Shown: piece by piece, positions 1 through 9,179 of the stretch
Position numbering within the stretch: the first letter of the stretch is position 1
Layout of the letters: each line of letters begins with the position of its first letter
NCBI GenBank assembly: GCA_964564105.1
Contig: CAZLZS010000003.1
Location: 1-56,418, forward strand
Length of the DNA stretch: 56,418 nucleotides
Direction of reading: 5' to 3'
Source of the DNA: an uncultured Candidatus Saccharibacteria bacterium
Lineage (GTDB): Bacteria > Patescibacteriota > Minisyncoccia > Phycocordibacterales > JACOZG01
Notes under the pieces: model-generated
Seen by the model: the letters and a program-made list of their open reading frames with translations, nothing else
Databases searched by the model: none
Told to the model about the DNA's origin: nothing
Made by a program: the position numbers and the translations under genes

Positions 1-108
1 GGGATTAATTATCAAACTCCCTTACAGCTGGTTCCAAGGTCTTGAACTTATTTAGTGACGCTGTTGGCAGCCAGTTGCGGGATAATTTCCATGCCGATTT
101 TTTCTCGG

Positions 109-924
109 CTATTTCAGTTCTTCGGCTTTGCTGTCTTTAACAACTTTAACAATGTAGTTGGCGCCAACTAAATCGCCGTTTTGGTCAAACTTAATTTCTT
201 GAGATGATATTCCGCCGCGATAGGTGGTCTGGTAGAGTTCATTCTTTATCGCCGTACCGTCAGGACCAACTTTAGTCAACACTTGAGCCAAAATCTTCAA
301 ACCATCATAGGCCGTAGGTGTGCAGACGGCGATTTCATCATTGCCAATCTTGGCGCGCATACTCGTCTTAAAACTTTCCGAGGGGGCGACTGAAGCTACT
401 GAATACATAGCGCCCTCACCGGCACTTGTCGTTTCCGTCCAAATTTTAGAATCATCCCAGGTATCGCCGCCGAAAATCTGGAGACTTAATTTTAATTCTG
501 CGGCCTGCTTCAACCCCGGAATGCTGGCTTCGGTGTACCCGAGGAAGTATAGAAGCTCGGGCTTGGCCGATTTAATTTTTGTTAAATTAGTTCGCAAATC
601 ACGCGCGGTTTGCTCGTATCCTTCCTCGGCTAAAACCGTGCCGCCGAGTTTCTTGAATTCCTGCACAAACACATCTTTAATACCCGTACCCCGATCGGAC
701 TTAACATAAAGTACGGCTACCTTAGATTTTTTCAGCCCTTCCTTGATGTATTTTGCGGCAAACGCTCCTTGAAAAGTATCAGACGGATAATCGCGGAAAA
801 TATAATCACCAGCCGTAGTCAGTGCCGGTGCCGATGAACAATAACTTAAGACTGTGGTCTGTGTTTGCTCGGCCAGACCGGTGAAAGAAGAGGTCTCACC
901 AGAACAGGCGCCGCCTAGAATCAC
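109..924 (-). CDS. Periplasmic substrate-binding protein, LivJ/LivK-like type I PBP of an ABC transporter; apparently 5'-truncated (possible gene remnant)
   Basis: 271-aa ORF with a GTG start. Its sequence (ILGGACSGETS..., VAVLYVKSDRGTGIKD, FLGYTEASIPGLKQA) fits the Leu/Ile/Val-binding protein family. The homologous frame continues upstream (..AVNAANKLINIDKVPV) to about 1005 with no start codon or signal peptide, and it abuts the comEC stop. Confidence 0.6.
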   Translation of the reverse strand: MILGGACSGETSSFTGLAEQTQTTVLSYCSSAPALTTAGDYIFRDYPSDTFQGAFAAKYIKEGLKKSKVAVLYVKSDRGTGIKDVFVQEFKKLGGTVLAEEGYEQTARDLRTNLTKIKSAKPELLYFLGYTEASIPGLKQAAELKLSLQIFGGDTWDDSKIWTETTSAGEGAMYSVASVAPSESFKTSMRAKIGNDEIAVCTPTAYDGLKILAQVLTKVGPDGTAIKNELYQTTYRGGISSQEIKFDQNGDLVGANYIVKVVKDSKAEELK

Positions 925-1008
925 CGGTACTTTATCAATATTGATCAGCTTATTAGCCGCGTTTACGGCTAATGAAGACCAAAACTTCAGTAAGTATAGA
1001 GGCGGGGG

Positions 1009-2352
1009 TTAGAAAAGTAAAGCGCCCCAAGCAGCAATGGTGAGGATATATTTGGCGAGGAGCCAGGCCGGAGCAGCGATAAGCGGCCAGGGCAGAAGCA
1101 TGGCTAAAAAGCCGAAAAACATCGCGTAGGGCACTGCCGGCAGAACGATCAGATTGACCGGCAGAGCGAGCCAGGGCACTTGGCCGGTCTTGAGAATCAG
1201 CCAGGGCAGCACTGCCAATTGCGCCGCCAGGGTCGTGGCGGCCAGCGCCCGGACGCCACACCGTTCGGTTAAAAAGAGCAACCTCTTTTCCAAACGCGGG
1301 GTCAGATAAATGAGACCGGCGGTCGCGAGAAACGACAGCTGGAAACCGAGATCGAAAACAAGCACCTTGGGGTTGACGACGACCATCAAGATGCCGGCCA
1401 AGACGAGCGCCCGGCCGGCGGCGAGCGGCCGGCCAGTGGCGACCGCGAGAAGCGCAATGAGCGCCATCACTGCCGCGCGCACGGTTGCCGGCTCGGCGCC
1501 GGTCATCATCGTGAATAAAATAATGGCCAAACCCGCCAGAGGCAGACCAAAGCGGCGCGGCAAGGGGCGCAAGACCCGTAAAATTACAGCCGCGATCACC
1601 GCCAGATTAAAACCGGACAAAACAACGATATGCGAGAGCCCGACGCGGCGGAAGTGGTCATTCCACTCGCTACCCAGCGACTGCCGGCCGCCAAAGACAA
1701 GACCGCCGACGAGCGACGACTCTGGCTCGGGCAAAGCCAGAGCCAATTTCTCGATGAAACTTCGCTTCAAACGAAATAACGAGTGTTTAATGATTGAACC
1801 GCCGCGGCCGACAAACATCGTTTCGGGCTCGAACAGCTGAAAGTAAATTTCATTGACCGCCAGATAATCTCGGTAATGCACCAAATTGCCGCCAGTGGAA
1901 ACAAAATCCCGCGCCGGGGCCAAGTTGCCGACAATCTGCAAACGATCGCCGTAAGAAAATTTCGGATAAGGCGGCGTAATCAATAAAATCTTGACTGGCC
2001 AATGGTCCGGCTGGAAAACTAGCTGGCGATTTTGATCACGCTCCAACGGCTCCGTCACCACAGCGCCGACAAGGGTTACCCGTTCCTGATTTCCCGCCGC
2101 CTGACGCACCGCGGCGGCGAACGCGGATTGGTCTTTAACCTCAAAACGAATGACCCCGAGCGCCGCCGCCAAGCACAATAAAGCCAGAGCCAACCACGGC
2201 CGGCACCGGCTCGCCGCGCTCAAGTGAGATTGAAAGAAAGCGACTAGAGCCAAAAGCGCCAGCCAAAACCAAAAGGCGTCGCCGAGATCGACAAACGATC
2301 GGCTGATGACGCCAGTGCCAAACCCCGCCGCCAGCCACCAAAAGTTATTCAC
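1009..2352 (-). CDS. comEC: ComEC/Rec2-family DNA internalisation channel protein (DUF4131 + Competence domains, no metallo-beta-lactamase domain)
   Basis: 447-aa polytopic membrane protein. The ComEC core pattern is present (RRVGLSHIVVLSGFNLAVI ... MMTGAEPATVRAAVMALIALLA). The ORF ends right after the membrane domain. Confidence 0.75.
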   Translation of the reverse strand: MNNFWWLAAGFGTGVISRSFVDLGDAFWFWLALLALVAFFQSHLSAASRCRPWLALALLCLAAALGVIRFEVKDQSAFAAAVRQAAGNQERVTLVGAVVTEPLERDQNRQLVFQPDHWPVKILLITPPYPKFSYGDRLQIVGNLAPARDFVSTGGNLVHYRDYLAVNEIYFQLFEPETMFVGRGGSIIKHSLFRLKRSFIEKLALALPEPESSLVGGLVFGGRQSLGSEWNDHFRRVGLSHIVVLSGFNLAVIAAVILRVLRPLPRRFGLPLAGLAIILFTMMTGAEPATVRAAVMALIALLAVATGRPLAAGRALVLAGILMVVVNPKVLVFDLGFQLSFLATAGLIYLTPRLEKRLLFLTERCGVRALAATTLAAQLAVLPWLILKTGQVPWLALPVNLIVLPAVPYAMFFGFLAMLLPWPLIAAPAWLLAKYILTIAAWGALLF

Positions 2353-2390
2353 AGTATTGCGCTTGCCGACAGTGCTTCTATAATAAACCC

Positions 2391-2771
2391 ATGACCAGTT
2401 TACGCGAGGAGTACGACGAACACCAATGTTGGGGGATGGTGGCTTCGATTGATCTCTACCACTGCCATCCCCAGATGATCAAAGATCCGAAAAAAATTCA
2501 GGTCCTCATCAACGGACTCTGCGACGCGATTAAAATGAAAAAATTCGGCGACGCACTGATCGAGCGTTTTGCCGAAGGAACGCTCGAGGGTTACTCGGCG
2601 ATGCAATTCATCGAAACCTCTTCGATCACCATGCATTTCGACGAGGTCAAAAATCGCGCCTTCATTGATATTTTCTCCTGCAAATTTTTCGAGCCCAAGA
2701 CGGCCGAAAATTTTTGCAAAGAATTTCTCGAAGCGAGTGCGGCCCAAACCCGCCACTACTTCCGCACCTAA
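2391..2771 (+). CDS. S-adenosylmethionine decarboxylase-like protein (SpeH/SpeD small pyruvoyl-enzyme fold)
   Basis: 126 aa. The family pattern is G..ASIDLYHC ... GYSAMQFIETSSITMHFDE ... AFIDIFSC. ETSS sits where the canonical E-S self-cleavage site (ESH) lies. Confidence 0.5.
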   Translation: MTSLREEYDEHQCWGMVASIDLYHCHPQMIKDPKKIQVLINGLCDAIKMKKFGDALIERFAEGTLEGYSAMQFIETSSITMHFDEVKNRAFIDIFSCKFFEPKTAENFCKEFLEASAAQTRHYFRT

Positions 2772-3217
2772 AATAAACTTGGCGGTGATGGCAAGCTGTT
2801 GTCGTCCATCGCTTGATTGGCCAGACGGTCGGCGGCGCGGTTTTGTGAGCGTGGAATCTGAATAAAAGCCAGGTAGGGAAAATCCGTAACCCGCTTATTC
2901 CAAATTTTCATAAACAGCGGCTGCAGGTTTGTTTCTTTAATCTGAAATTTACCAGCAAGCTGTTTGACGACCAATTCACTATCAAGCCGCAGCTCAATCC
3001 GAGCCGCGGCCGCCCGGGCCTTGCCCAGCGCTTTCTTAACCGTTTCGAGTCCCAGGATCACGGCCTGATATTCAGCTTCGTTATTTGTCATGACGCCAAG
3101 CGCGCGGTGAGCTTCTCGCAAAACAGCGCCGGTTTTATCTGTCACCACTGCGCCCGCTCCCGCCGGCCCCGGATTCCCCCGTGCCCCGCCGTCGGTGTAA
3201 ATGATAAAATTTTCCAT
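2768..3217 (-). CDS. rnhA: Ribonuclease HI family protein
   Basis: 149 aa. RNase H type-1 catalytic motifs are present: IYTDGGARGNPGPAGAGAV, NNEAEYQAVILGLE, LDSELVVKQL, NRAADRLAN. Confidence 0.8.
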   Translation of the reverse strand: MENFIIYTDGGARGNPGPAGAGAVVTDKTGAVLREAHRALGVMTNNEAEYQAVILGLETVKKALGKARAAAARIELRLDSELVVKQLAGKFQIKETNLQPLFMKIWNKRVTDFPYLAFIQIPRSQNRAADRLANQAMDDNSLPSPPSLF

Positions 3218-3229
3218 GACTTGATTAAA

Positions 3230-4975
3230 TCAGAGTGATTCCCGCCAATCAACAATCCGTAAACGCAATTCGGAGCGTCCACGATAATAAGATTTTTCTA
3301 GATTGGCTAGCAGATCGATCGGTTCGCCCAGATTTGGGAGACGGGCCGAGATCGGGAAAAATTGCACCGCCCGCAAACGTCCCAGCCGCTCGCCCGGTAA
3401 GACAAATTCAAAATGATTAGCCCCGTTACCAAAACGCCGCGCGGCCGTAAGCGGCAAACGTGGAAAATGAAAAACGGGTCTGGGATTTTCCGGACCAAAA
3501 GGCGCCAATCGCTCGATGACCGCATAGATCTCCTCGCCTACCCTCCCGGCCGGCCACTCCAAATCAAACAGTGAGTCTGTCTCGGCGGCGGGAAATTTTT
3601 TAAGCTCGCGATAGGCCTCGGACAAACACGGCGCCAACTCGGGCAGTCGTTCTGGCGCGAGCGAGAAACCGCCAGCTCCAGCATGGCCGCCGTGATTTAA
3701 AAATAGTCCACCGCCGGCCAATGCCTCAGCCGCCGCCATCAATTCAACGACGTTGACCGCACCGTCCGAGCGGCACGACCCCCTGATCTCGCCGCGGCCG
3801 TTCTGCCCCCACAAGAACACCGGCCGGCGGCGCTCTTCCGCCAGACGGCTGGCGGCCAGACCCAAAACGCCGAGCGGCCAATTCAACTCGCCGGCGACGA
3901 GCACGACCCCGCCAGCCGCGGTGGCAGAATCAGAGCGAACCGTTTCTAAAATCGCCGCGACCGAGGCGCGCCGTTCCTTATTCTTAGCTTCCAAATGCCG
4001 CGCGAGACGATCAGCTTCAACTTCGTCATCGGCCGTCAACAGCGCGTAGGCCTCCCGACCGTGCGACATCCGACTAGCTGAATTCAAACGCGGCCCGATC
4101 AAAAAACCAATGTCGTCTTCAGTAATAAACTCGGGAGTTAAATTAAGAACGCGGAAAAGCGCTTGGAGTCCAAGCCGCGGCGTCCGCCGCAAAACCTTGA
4201 GGCCAAAATGAACTAGAGCCCGATTCTCGCCGGTCAAAGGAACCATATCCGACACCGTCGCAATGGCGACGAGATCCAAGAGCCACTTTTCCCAGCCAGG
4301 CTCTACTCGGTGGAAATCAGATATCCACGGTTCGTGGATATCTGATTTCCACCAGAACTGCACTAACCCCTGCACCAACTTGAAAGCCACGCCGGCACCG
4401 GCGAGCATTTTGTAAGGATAGGGATCGCCGGGACGTTTGGGATTAATGATCGCGTAAGCCGCGGGCGGCGCCTCGGGCACTAAATGATGATCGGTAATAA
4501 TTACTTCCAGCCCCAGCCGCGTCGCTTCAGCCACTGCCGCGACATCAGTCACACCGCAATCAACCGTGATTACCAGTTTGACTCCCGCCACGGCCAGTTG
4601 TGCCAAGGCTTGATTATTCAAACCGTAAGATTCTTCATGCCGATCCGGAATATAGACGGTAAAATTTGAGAAATTGATCCGGCGGAAGAAAGCAGTAAGA
4701 ATCGCCGCGGCCGGCACGCCGTCGGCGTCATAATCAGCGAAAATCGCGATCCGCTCGCCGTCCCGAACCGCCGCCAGAATCCGCGCCGCCGCCCGATCCA
4801 TATCCAACATCAAAAACGGATCGTGAAGATCACGTTCGTAATCCGGCGCGAGAAATCTTTCGGCCGCTGACTGATCCGTGATACCGCGGCCCACCAAAAG
4901 CTGACGCAGTAAATCAGAATTAACCGACAAATTATGTTCTGCCGGTATCGAACGCGGGAGCCAACTCTTTTGCAT
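3230..4975 (-). CDS. recJ: Single-stranded-DNA-specific exonuclease RecJ
   Basis: 581 aa with DHH motifs (IFADYDADGV, VITVDCGV, IITDHH) and a DHHA1 region (GGHAGAGG). Confidence 0.9.
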   Translation of the reverse strand: MQKSWLPRSIPAEHNLSVNSDLLRQLLVGRGITDQSAAERFLAPDYERDLHDPFLMLDMDRAAARILAAVRDGERIAIFADYDADGVPAAAILTAFFRRINFSNFTVYIPDRHEESYGLNNQALAQLAVAGVKLVITVDCGVTDVAAVAEATRLGLEVIITDHHLVPEAPPAAYAIINPKRPGDPYPYKMLAGAGVAFKLVQGLVQFWWKSDIHEPWISDFHRVEPGWEKWLLDLVAIATVSDMVPLTGENRALVHFGLKVLRRTPRLGLQALFRVLNLTPEFITEDDIGFLIGPRLNSASRMSHGREAYALLTADDEVEADRLARHLEAKNKERRASVAAILETVRSDSATAAGGVVLVAGELNWPLGVLGLAASRLAEERRRPVFLWGQNGRGEIRGSCRSDGAVNVVELMAAAEALAGGGLFLNHGGHAGAGGFSLAPERLPELAPCLSEAYRELKKFPAAETDSLFDLEWPAGRVGEEIYAVIERLAPFGPENPRPVFHFPRLPLTAARRFGNGANHFEFVLPGERLGRLRAVQFFPISARLPNLGEPIDLLANLEKSYYRGRSELRLRIVDWRESL

Positions 4976-5401
4976 CCGGTAATTCTAACATATAATGAGG
5001 AGGTGGCTGATTGTATCTTTTGCAAAATTGTGAACAAAGAAATACCGGCCGAGGTGGTGTACGAAACAGAAGACTGGCTGGCTTTTCTTGACCTCAAGCC
5101 GGTCAATCTCGGCCACACCTTATTGATACCAAAGACACACCACGAGATGCTGGTGGACGCGCCAGATAAATTATTAAGCCAGGCCATCGTGCTCGTTAAA
5201 AAATTAATGATCGCCATAAAAAAAGCCGCGGGCGCCGACTTCACCGTACTTTCAGTAGTTGGTATTGATGTTCCCCATCTCCATTTCCATATTCTGCCGC
5301 GTTACCATAATGACGGACTGGCCAATTTTTGGCCGACAAAGACCGCTACCGCCGAGGAGCAAAAACAGATAGCCGCCAAAATCAAAACCGAACTCCAATA
5401 A
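4934..5401 (+). CDS. HIT-family (histidine triad) nucleotide hydrolase
   Basis: Contains CIFCKIV..IPAEVVYE, NLGHTLLIPK and the histidine triad HLHFHILPR. The first 23 codons overlap the recJ start. The true start is probably GTG at 5003, just after GAGGAG. Confidence 0.85.
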   Translation: MFCRYRTREPTLLHPVILTYNEEVADCIFCKIVNKEIPAEVVYETEDWLAFLDLKPVNLGHTLLIPKTHHEMLVDAPDKLLSQAIVLVKKLMIAIKKAAGADFTVLSVVGIDVPHLHFHILPRYHNDGLANFWPTKTATAEEQKQIAAKIKTELQ

Positions 5402-5442
5402 AAAAACCCGCTCAACCATTTATTGTTAAACGGCGAGCGGGT

Positions 5443-6012
5443 CTAGAAGTCACCGGTCGAACCAAGCCCGGCCCCGCCCCGAAGGGTGGCTGAAAGATCG
5501 GACAGCGATCCCACTGGTTCAAATCTGGGAAGGAGCGTTGGCAAAAAGATGATCTGGGCAATCTTCATGCCGTGCCTGATCTGGAAAATCCGCGACGACT
5601 CATTCACCAGCCTCACCACCAGTTCGCCGCGGAAATCAGAGTCACCCAAAGACGGGGAATTGCCGATGTGAATCTGCCTGTTTCTGACCTTGCTTGAATG
5701 ACCGCTACGGGCAATCACCAAACAACCGACCTCGCGAGGCATCTCGAGGACAAACCCGACCCCGACTAAAGCTGATTCGCCTGGCGGCAGGGGATAATCG
5801 GTATTTCTATTCATCCCCGCCGCCTGCCACAGAGGCAAAAGGGGCAAACGCAAGTTCGGATGTTGCGGATCCATCTTTTCATCATCCACTACCGCTCGCG
5901 CAAACACATCGTAGGCGTTTGCTCCGCGAGAGCCCAACTCCGGCATTCTTCCGCCAGGCAAAACATGGATCTTGACTAACGGATGCCAAAAAGTATCCCA
6001 ATCCAAATTCAC
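5443..6012 (-). CDS. dut: dUTP diphosphatase (dUTPase) with an internal insertion
   Basis: Motif 3 (GDSDFRGEL) and C-terminal motif 5 (RGGAGLGSTG) are present. An AGGAGG RBS lies upstream. A TTG at 6004-6006 has better spacing to the RBS than the GTG at 6012. Confidence 0.75.
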   Translation of the reverse strand: MNLDWDTFWHPLVKIHVLPGGRMPELGSRGANAYDVFARAVVDDEKMDPQHPNLRLPLLPLWQAAGMNRNTDYPLPPGESALVGVGFVLEMPREVGCLVIARSGHSSKVRNRQIHIGNSPSLGDSDFRGELVVRLVNESSRIFQIRHGMKIAQIIFLPTLLPRFEPVGSLSDLSATLRGGAGLGSTGDF

Positions 6013-6022
6013 TCACCTCCTT

Positions 6023-6445
6023 TCAGAAGATCAAAGCCAACTCGCGTCTGGCGTCATCGTAACTTTCCGAACCGTGAACCGCGTTACAGGGCAGGGTCGT
6101 GCCGTAACGACCACGAATTGTACTCTCATCCGCCTGCGATGGATCGGTAGCGCCGTTCAAAAAACGCACTCTGGATATTGAATCTTCTACACCGCTTGCA
6201 CTTACCAAGCGTAAAGCTATAACCAGTCCGCTAGTCATAAACTCGATTAGAGATCCGTAGAAAGTTTGATGGCGATGTGCCGCGTAGAAATTTTCGGCGA
6301 GCGGCCGCGACATCACCAAACATCTCACCTCCACCACTTCCAAACCGTGTGTCCTGTAATAATCAATGATTCTGAGAAAATTTCCCGCCGCCACCGCATC
6401 CGGCTTGATCAAAACCAATGTTTCGATTAGTGTATGTTCCAACAC
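6023..6445 (-). CDS. ndk: Nucleoside diphosphate kinase
   Basis: 140 aa with TLVLIKPDAV, FY..H....FY..L..FM.SG and the NAVHGSES active-site histidine motif. An AGGAGG RBS lies upstream. Confidence 0.85.
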   Translation of the reverse strand: MLEHTLIETLVLIKPDAVAAGNFLRIIDYYRTHGLEVVEVRCLVMSRPLAENFYAAHRHQTFYGSLIEFMTSGLVIALRLVSASGVEDSISRVRFLNGATDPSQADESTIRGRYGTTLPCNAVHGSESYDDARRELALIF

Positions 6446-6567
6446 ATAACCTCCTATTCTGGCTCATTGCCATGTTAAAGACCTAGATTCACACAAACCA
6501 CACTGCTCCTCAAACTACCTGACCCTGATTAAAAAATCAACTCGGGTGGGCCCACAGCAAGGACTCT

Positions 6568-6746
6568 CCTTGCCGGAGGACTAATGTCACCATGTCAAGA
6601 AACCATGTCAAGGCGTTGCCTTGCCGGAGGCAACACCTTGCCGGAGGCAACACTCGGTGTTGAACAGGCAATTGCGCTGGGAAGTGTCAAGGTTTAACCT
6701 TGCCCCGGCCGAGCACAATGTCAAGGCGTTGCCTTGCCGGAGGACT
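6568..6746. repeat. Cluster of short direct and hairpin repeats in the spacer upstream of ndk
   Basis: CCTTGCCGGAGG occurs exactly at 6568, 6619, 6636 and 6732. A perfect 26-nt direct repeat ATGTCAAGGCGTTGCCTTGCCGGAGG lies at 6605-6630 and 6718-6743. The module TGTCAAGG-N5-CCTTGCC (a CAAGG/CCTTG hairpin) lies at 6606-6625, 6685-6704 and 6719-6738. Confidence 0.9.
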
Positions 6747-6747
6747 G

Positions 6748-8751
6748 TCAAAAATCAACACACATCGCCGCACAGCCGCCGCCGCTCGCTCTGGTCGCCA
6801 TACTACCTGATCCCTTAAGGTACCAGTGAGGCTTAGGATTGTTGTTGGTAGCCGGAAAATTCCAAGAATCAGCAGTATTTACAATGCAATCGGCGGCGCC
6901 GGCCAAGGAAAATCCTTGTAGAAAACAAACATCGTGAGTTCCTAAATCTTTAACGCCGGTGCCAACGGAGTAAAAGCTGCGACTGAGATTGTTTCCTATC
7001 GCTGATAACATAGCATCCAGTGATACCCATTTCGCATCACCGCTAGTGTTAAGAGCAGATAATATTGCGCTACCCTCTGGTGAACCGCCGCTAATTCTTA
7101 TGCTTCCGTCGACCCTTAAATTACCACTGAATCTGCCGTCACCGCCCGTGCTGAAAGATAGACCGTCATCCGAACTACCATCATAAGTAATCTTTTTAGT
7201 TCTAGTTTGTAAATCTAGAGTCATAGTATGATTCCCCAGATTGTCGCCGCCGGTGGTCGAACCGGTAGCATCATCAGCGCACTCCCAACCCTCCAACCCA
7301 GCGCCGGTCGGTTTCCATTTAAGTATCTTGCCATTGGCGCAATCTCGGCGCAAAGAAATAATGGCGTCGCCAGCCAAAGATTCTCCGCCCACGGCGGAAC
7401 CGTCACCAATCGCGGAATCTTTAATCGTTAGGCCGCTTTTAGCCCCGCTTGATTTAACGCTAGTGATATCGCCGGTACCCTGGGCGCCACCGTCATCGAA
7501 CTCGCAGGTTACAGCGCCGTTCACATCAATCGCCCGGATTGAATAACCCGCATCGCAGGCGCCGCTTACCCGCTTCTGCCAGATATTAGGATCAGTCGGA
7601 CCGCCACCGCCGCCGCCGGTCCGGTCAGAATCGCATTTGAAAACTCCGGAGCTAGTGTCGTACCAAACCTTGCCGGAGGCGGCGTCACCGCAAGCCACCA
7701 TATACCTCTTGTCCAGACCAACCATGCCAGTATTGCCGTTAACCGAGGCTGTCAGACCATCCTGCCCGGACAGAGCGGTTATCCCGCCGCCCGGACCGCT
7801 GCTTGGCGTGCCCAAGACCACCTGGCCGGCGGAATTAGTGGTCAGGAATTGACCGGCCGGAGCAATCAACGACGGCAGTTTGAGCACCCCTTGGATAAAA
7901 GCGCTGCCAAACACGCCTAAACCATTTACTCCCAGCCGGCCAGTTTTAATCTGATCAACATTAGAGATATTGACCGGCGGATGGCAACCAGGAACGCTAG
8001 AATCAGTACACGCTGTCGGCGCATTTGGCGGCTCTTTCCAACCCGGTACAATACCCGGCACAATGTCGTCACCGCCACCACCGTCGTCACCAGTGCCATC
8101 GGCCGCGATCGCGAAGGTATTACTTTGATCAGAAACCGTAGAGTCGTCTTGTTTACTTAAAGTATAGTAATAGGAGGTGTTTTCAACGAAATTCGGACTG
8201 GCCACTGGCACATCATGTTGGCCGTCATTAACGGTATCAGCTTGAGCAACCGGTGTAGTAGGGTCAGCGGCATTAAAGCGTTTTATCCTAATTACATAGT
8301 TTGACGGGATGCCGGTACTGGTCCACCGGAGATTGATCGTGTCGCCAATCTGGTACGAAGAGTTAAGCGGCGTCAGATCAATGGCGGCCGGCGCGGGTTC
8401 GAAATTAGCATTCCCCCAAAGATCTTGGGTAACGGTAAAGGTAATCGGATTATCAAACTGGCTTTTACCCAATTCTAACAAGAAACCTATATAATCACCG
8501 CTCCAAGTCCTAAAATGGTAGCCCGACGCTGGCACAGCGGTTAACGTCACTTGGGTACCCATCGCATATAATCTGGCCGTGGGCGACTCAAGAATTTCGC
8601 CTTCAGGTGAAAAATTAACTGCACAATTGTTAGGACAACCTGATATAAAGGCGCGGATGGCCGCTACTGTTTGTTGCGCCGAGACGAAACGAGCAGAGAC
8701 TAAAAACAAAACCGGGATGATAAAAAGAGACGCCAGCAGATATTTTTTCAT
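6748..8751 (-). CDS. Large secreted/cell-surface protein of unknown function (signal peptide, InlB-B-repeat-like module, Gly/Ser-rich body)
   Basis: 667 aa. The N-terminal signal is MKKYLLASLFIIPVLFLVSARFVSAQ. A GYHFRTWSGDY beta-repeat module is present, along with poly-G tracts. GGDNLGNHTMTLDL resembles motifs seen in tail-fibre-like proteins (from memory, unverified). Confidence 0.6.
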   Translation of the reverse strand: MKKYLLASLFIIPVLFLVSARFVSAQQTVAAIRAFISGCPNNCAVNFSPEGEILESPTARLYAMGTQVTLTAVPASGYHFRTWSGDYIGFLLELGKSQFDNPITFTVTQDLWGNANFEPAPAAIDLTPLNSSYQIGDTINLRWTSTGIPSNYVIRIKRFNAADPTTPVAQADTVNDGQHDVPVASPNFVENTSYYYTLSKQDDSTVSDQSNTFAIAADGTGDDGGGGDDIVPGIVPGWKEPPNAPTACTDSSVPGCHPPVNISNVDQIKTGRLGVNGLGVFGSAFIQGVLKLPSLIAPAGQFLTTNSAGQVVLGTPSSGPGGGITALSGQDGLTASVNGNTGMVGLDKRYMVACGDAASGKVWYDTSSGVFKCDSDRTGGGGGGPTDPNIWQKRVSGACDAGYSIRAIDVNGAVTCEFDDGGAQGTGDITSVKSSGAKSGLTIKDSAIGDGSAVGGESLAGDAIISLRRDCANGKILKWKPTGAGLEGWECADDATGSTTGGDNLGNHTMTLDLQTRTKKITYDGSSDDGLSFSTGGDGRFSGNLRVDGSIRISGGSPEGSAILSALNTSGDAKWVSLDAMLSAIGNNLSRSFYSVGTGVKDLGTHDVCFLQGFSLAGAADCIVNTADSWNFPATNNNPKPHWYLKGSGSMATRASGGGCAAMCVDF

Positions 8752-8772
8752 AAATTAATACTTATTTTTGTT

Positions 8773-9117
8773 TTATTTTAACGACTTTAAAATTTCGGCT
8801 TTCTCGGCCTCGGTTAAAGGTGGGGTATTGGGCGGGAGTTGAAGAGATTTCAGGATGGCATCTTTCTCGACTTGAGTCAGCGGCTTGGTGCCGGGCGGCA
8901 GTTGGAGCGATCTGAGAATCTCGGCTTTTTCGGCTTCGGTGAGTCCAGTCGGCTCCTCGACGACGCTCGGAGCCGGCACGCCATACTGGCGGCCGAGGTA
9001 GATCAAACCAGCCGCCAGTAAAATCAGCACGATCACTAAAATTACGATCAGCCGATTTTTATTAGACGACGGCTGAAGGTTATTCTGGTTGTTATTTTCT
9101 ACGACCTCTGGCGGCAT
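8773..9117 (-). CDS. Small membrane-anchored protein with a tandem 21-aa repeat
   Basis: 114 aa with one TM helix (LIVILVIVLILLAAGLIYL). It is followed by LTEAEKAEILRSLQLPPGTKP / LTQVEKDAILKSLQLPPNTPP / LTEAEKAEILKSLK. Confidence 0.55.
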   Translation of the reverse strand: MPPEVVENNNQNNLQPSSNKNRLIVILVIVLILLAAGLIYLGRQYGVPAPSVVEEPTGLTEAEKAEILRSLQLPPGTKPLTQVEKDAILKSLQLPPNTPPLTEAEKAEILKSLK

Positions 9118-9179
9118 ATTACTATTTTATGATAGCATAGCCTCTAGGCGGCCGAAGGCCGTCAGTTGTTGATAACTCT

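Noticed and set aside
48-92. 14-codon minus-strand ORF MEIIPQLAANSVTK as a LivH permease remnant
   Set aside because: It is far too short for a homology claim, so it is mentioned only as context for the truncated binding-protein gene.
1310-1840. 176-aa plus-strand ORF, plus the ORFs at 953-1261 and 2141-2341
   Set aside because: They are shadow frames of the GC-rich comEC gene.
6568-6746. Possible CRISPR array
   Set aside because: The repeats are only 12-26 nt, irregularly spaced and partly overlapping. No cas genes are present.
6446-6747. Four minus-strand TTGACA hexamers as stacked ndk promoters
   Set aside because: None has an acceptable -10 hexamer at 16-18 nt spacing. The hexamers are a by-product of the CAAGG/CCTTG hairpin module.
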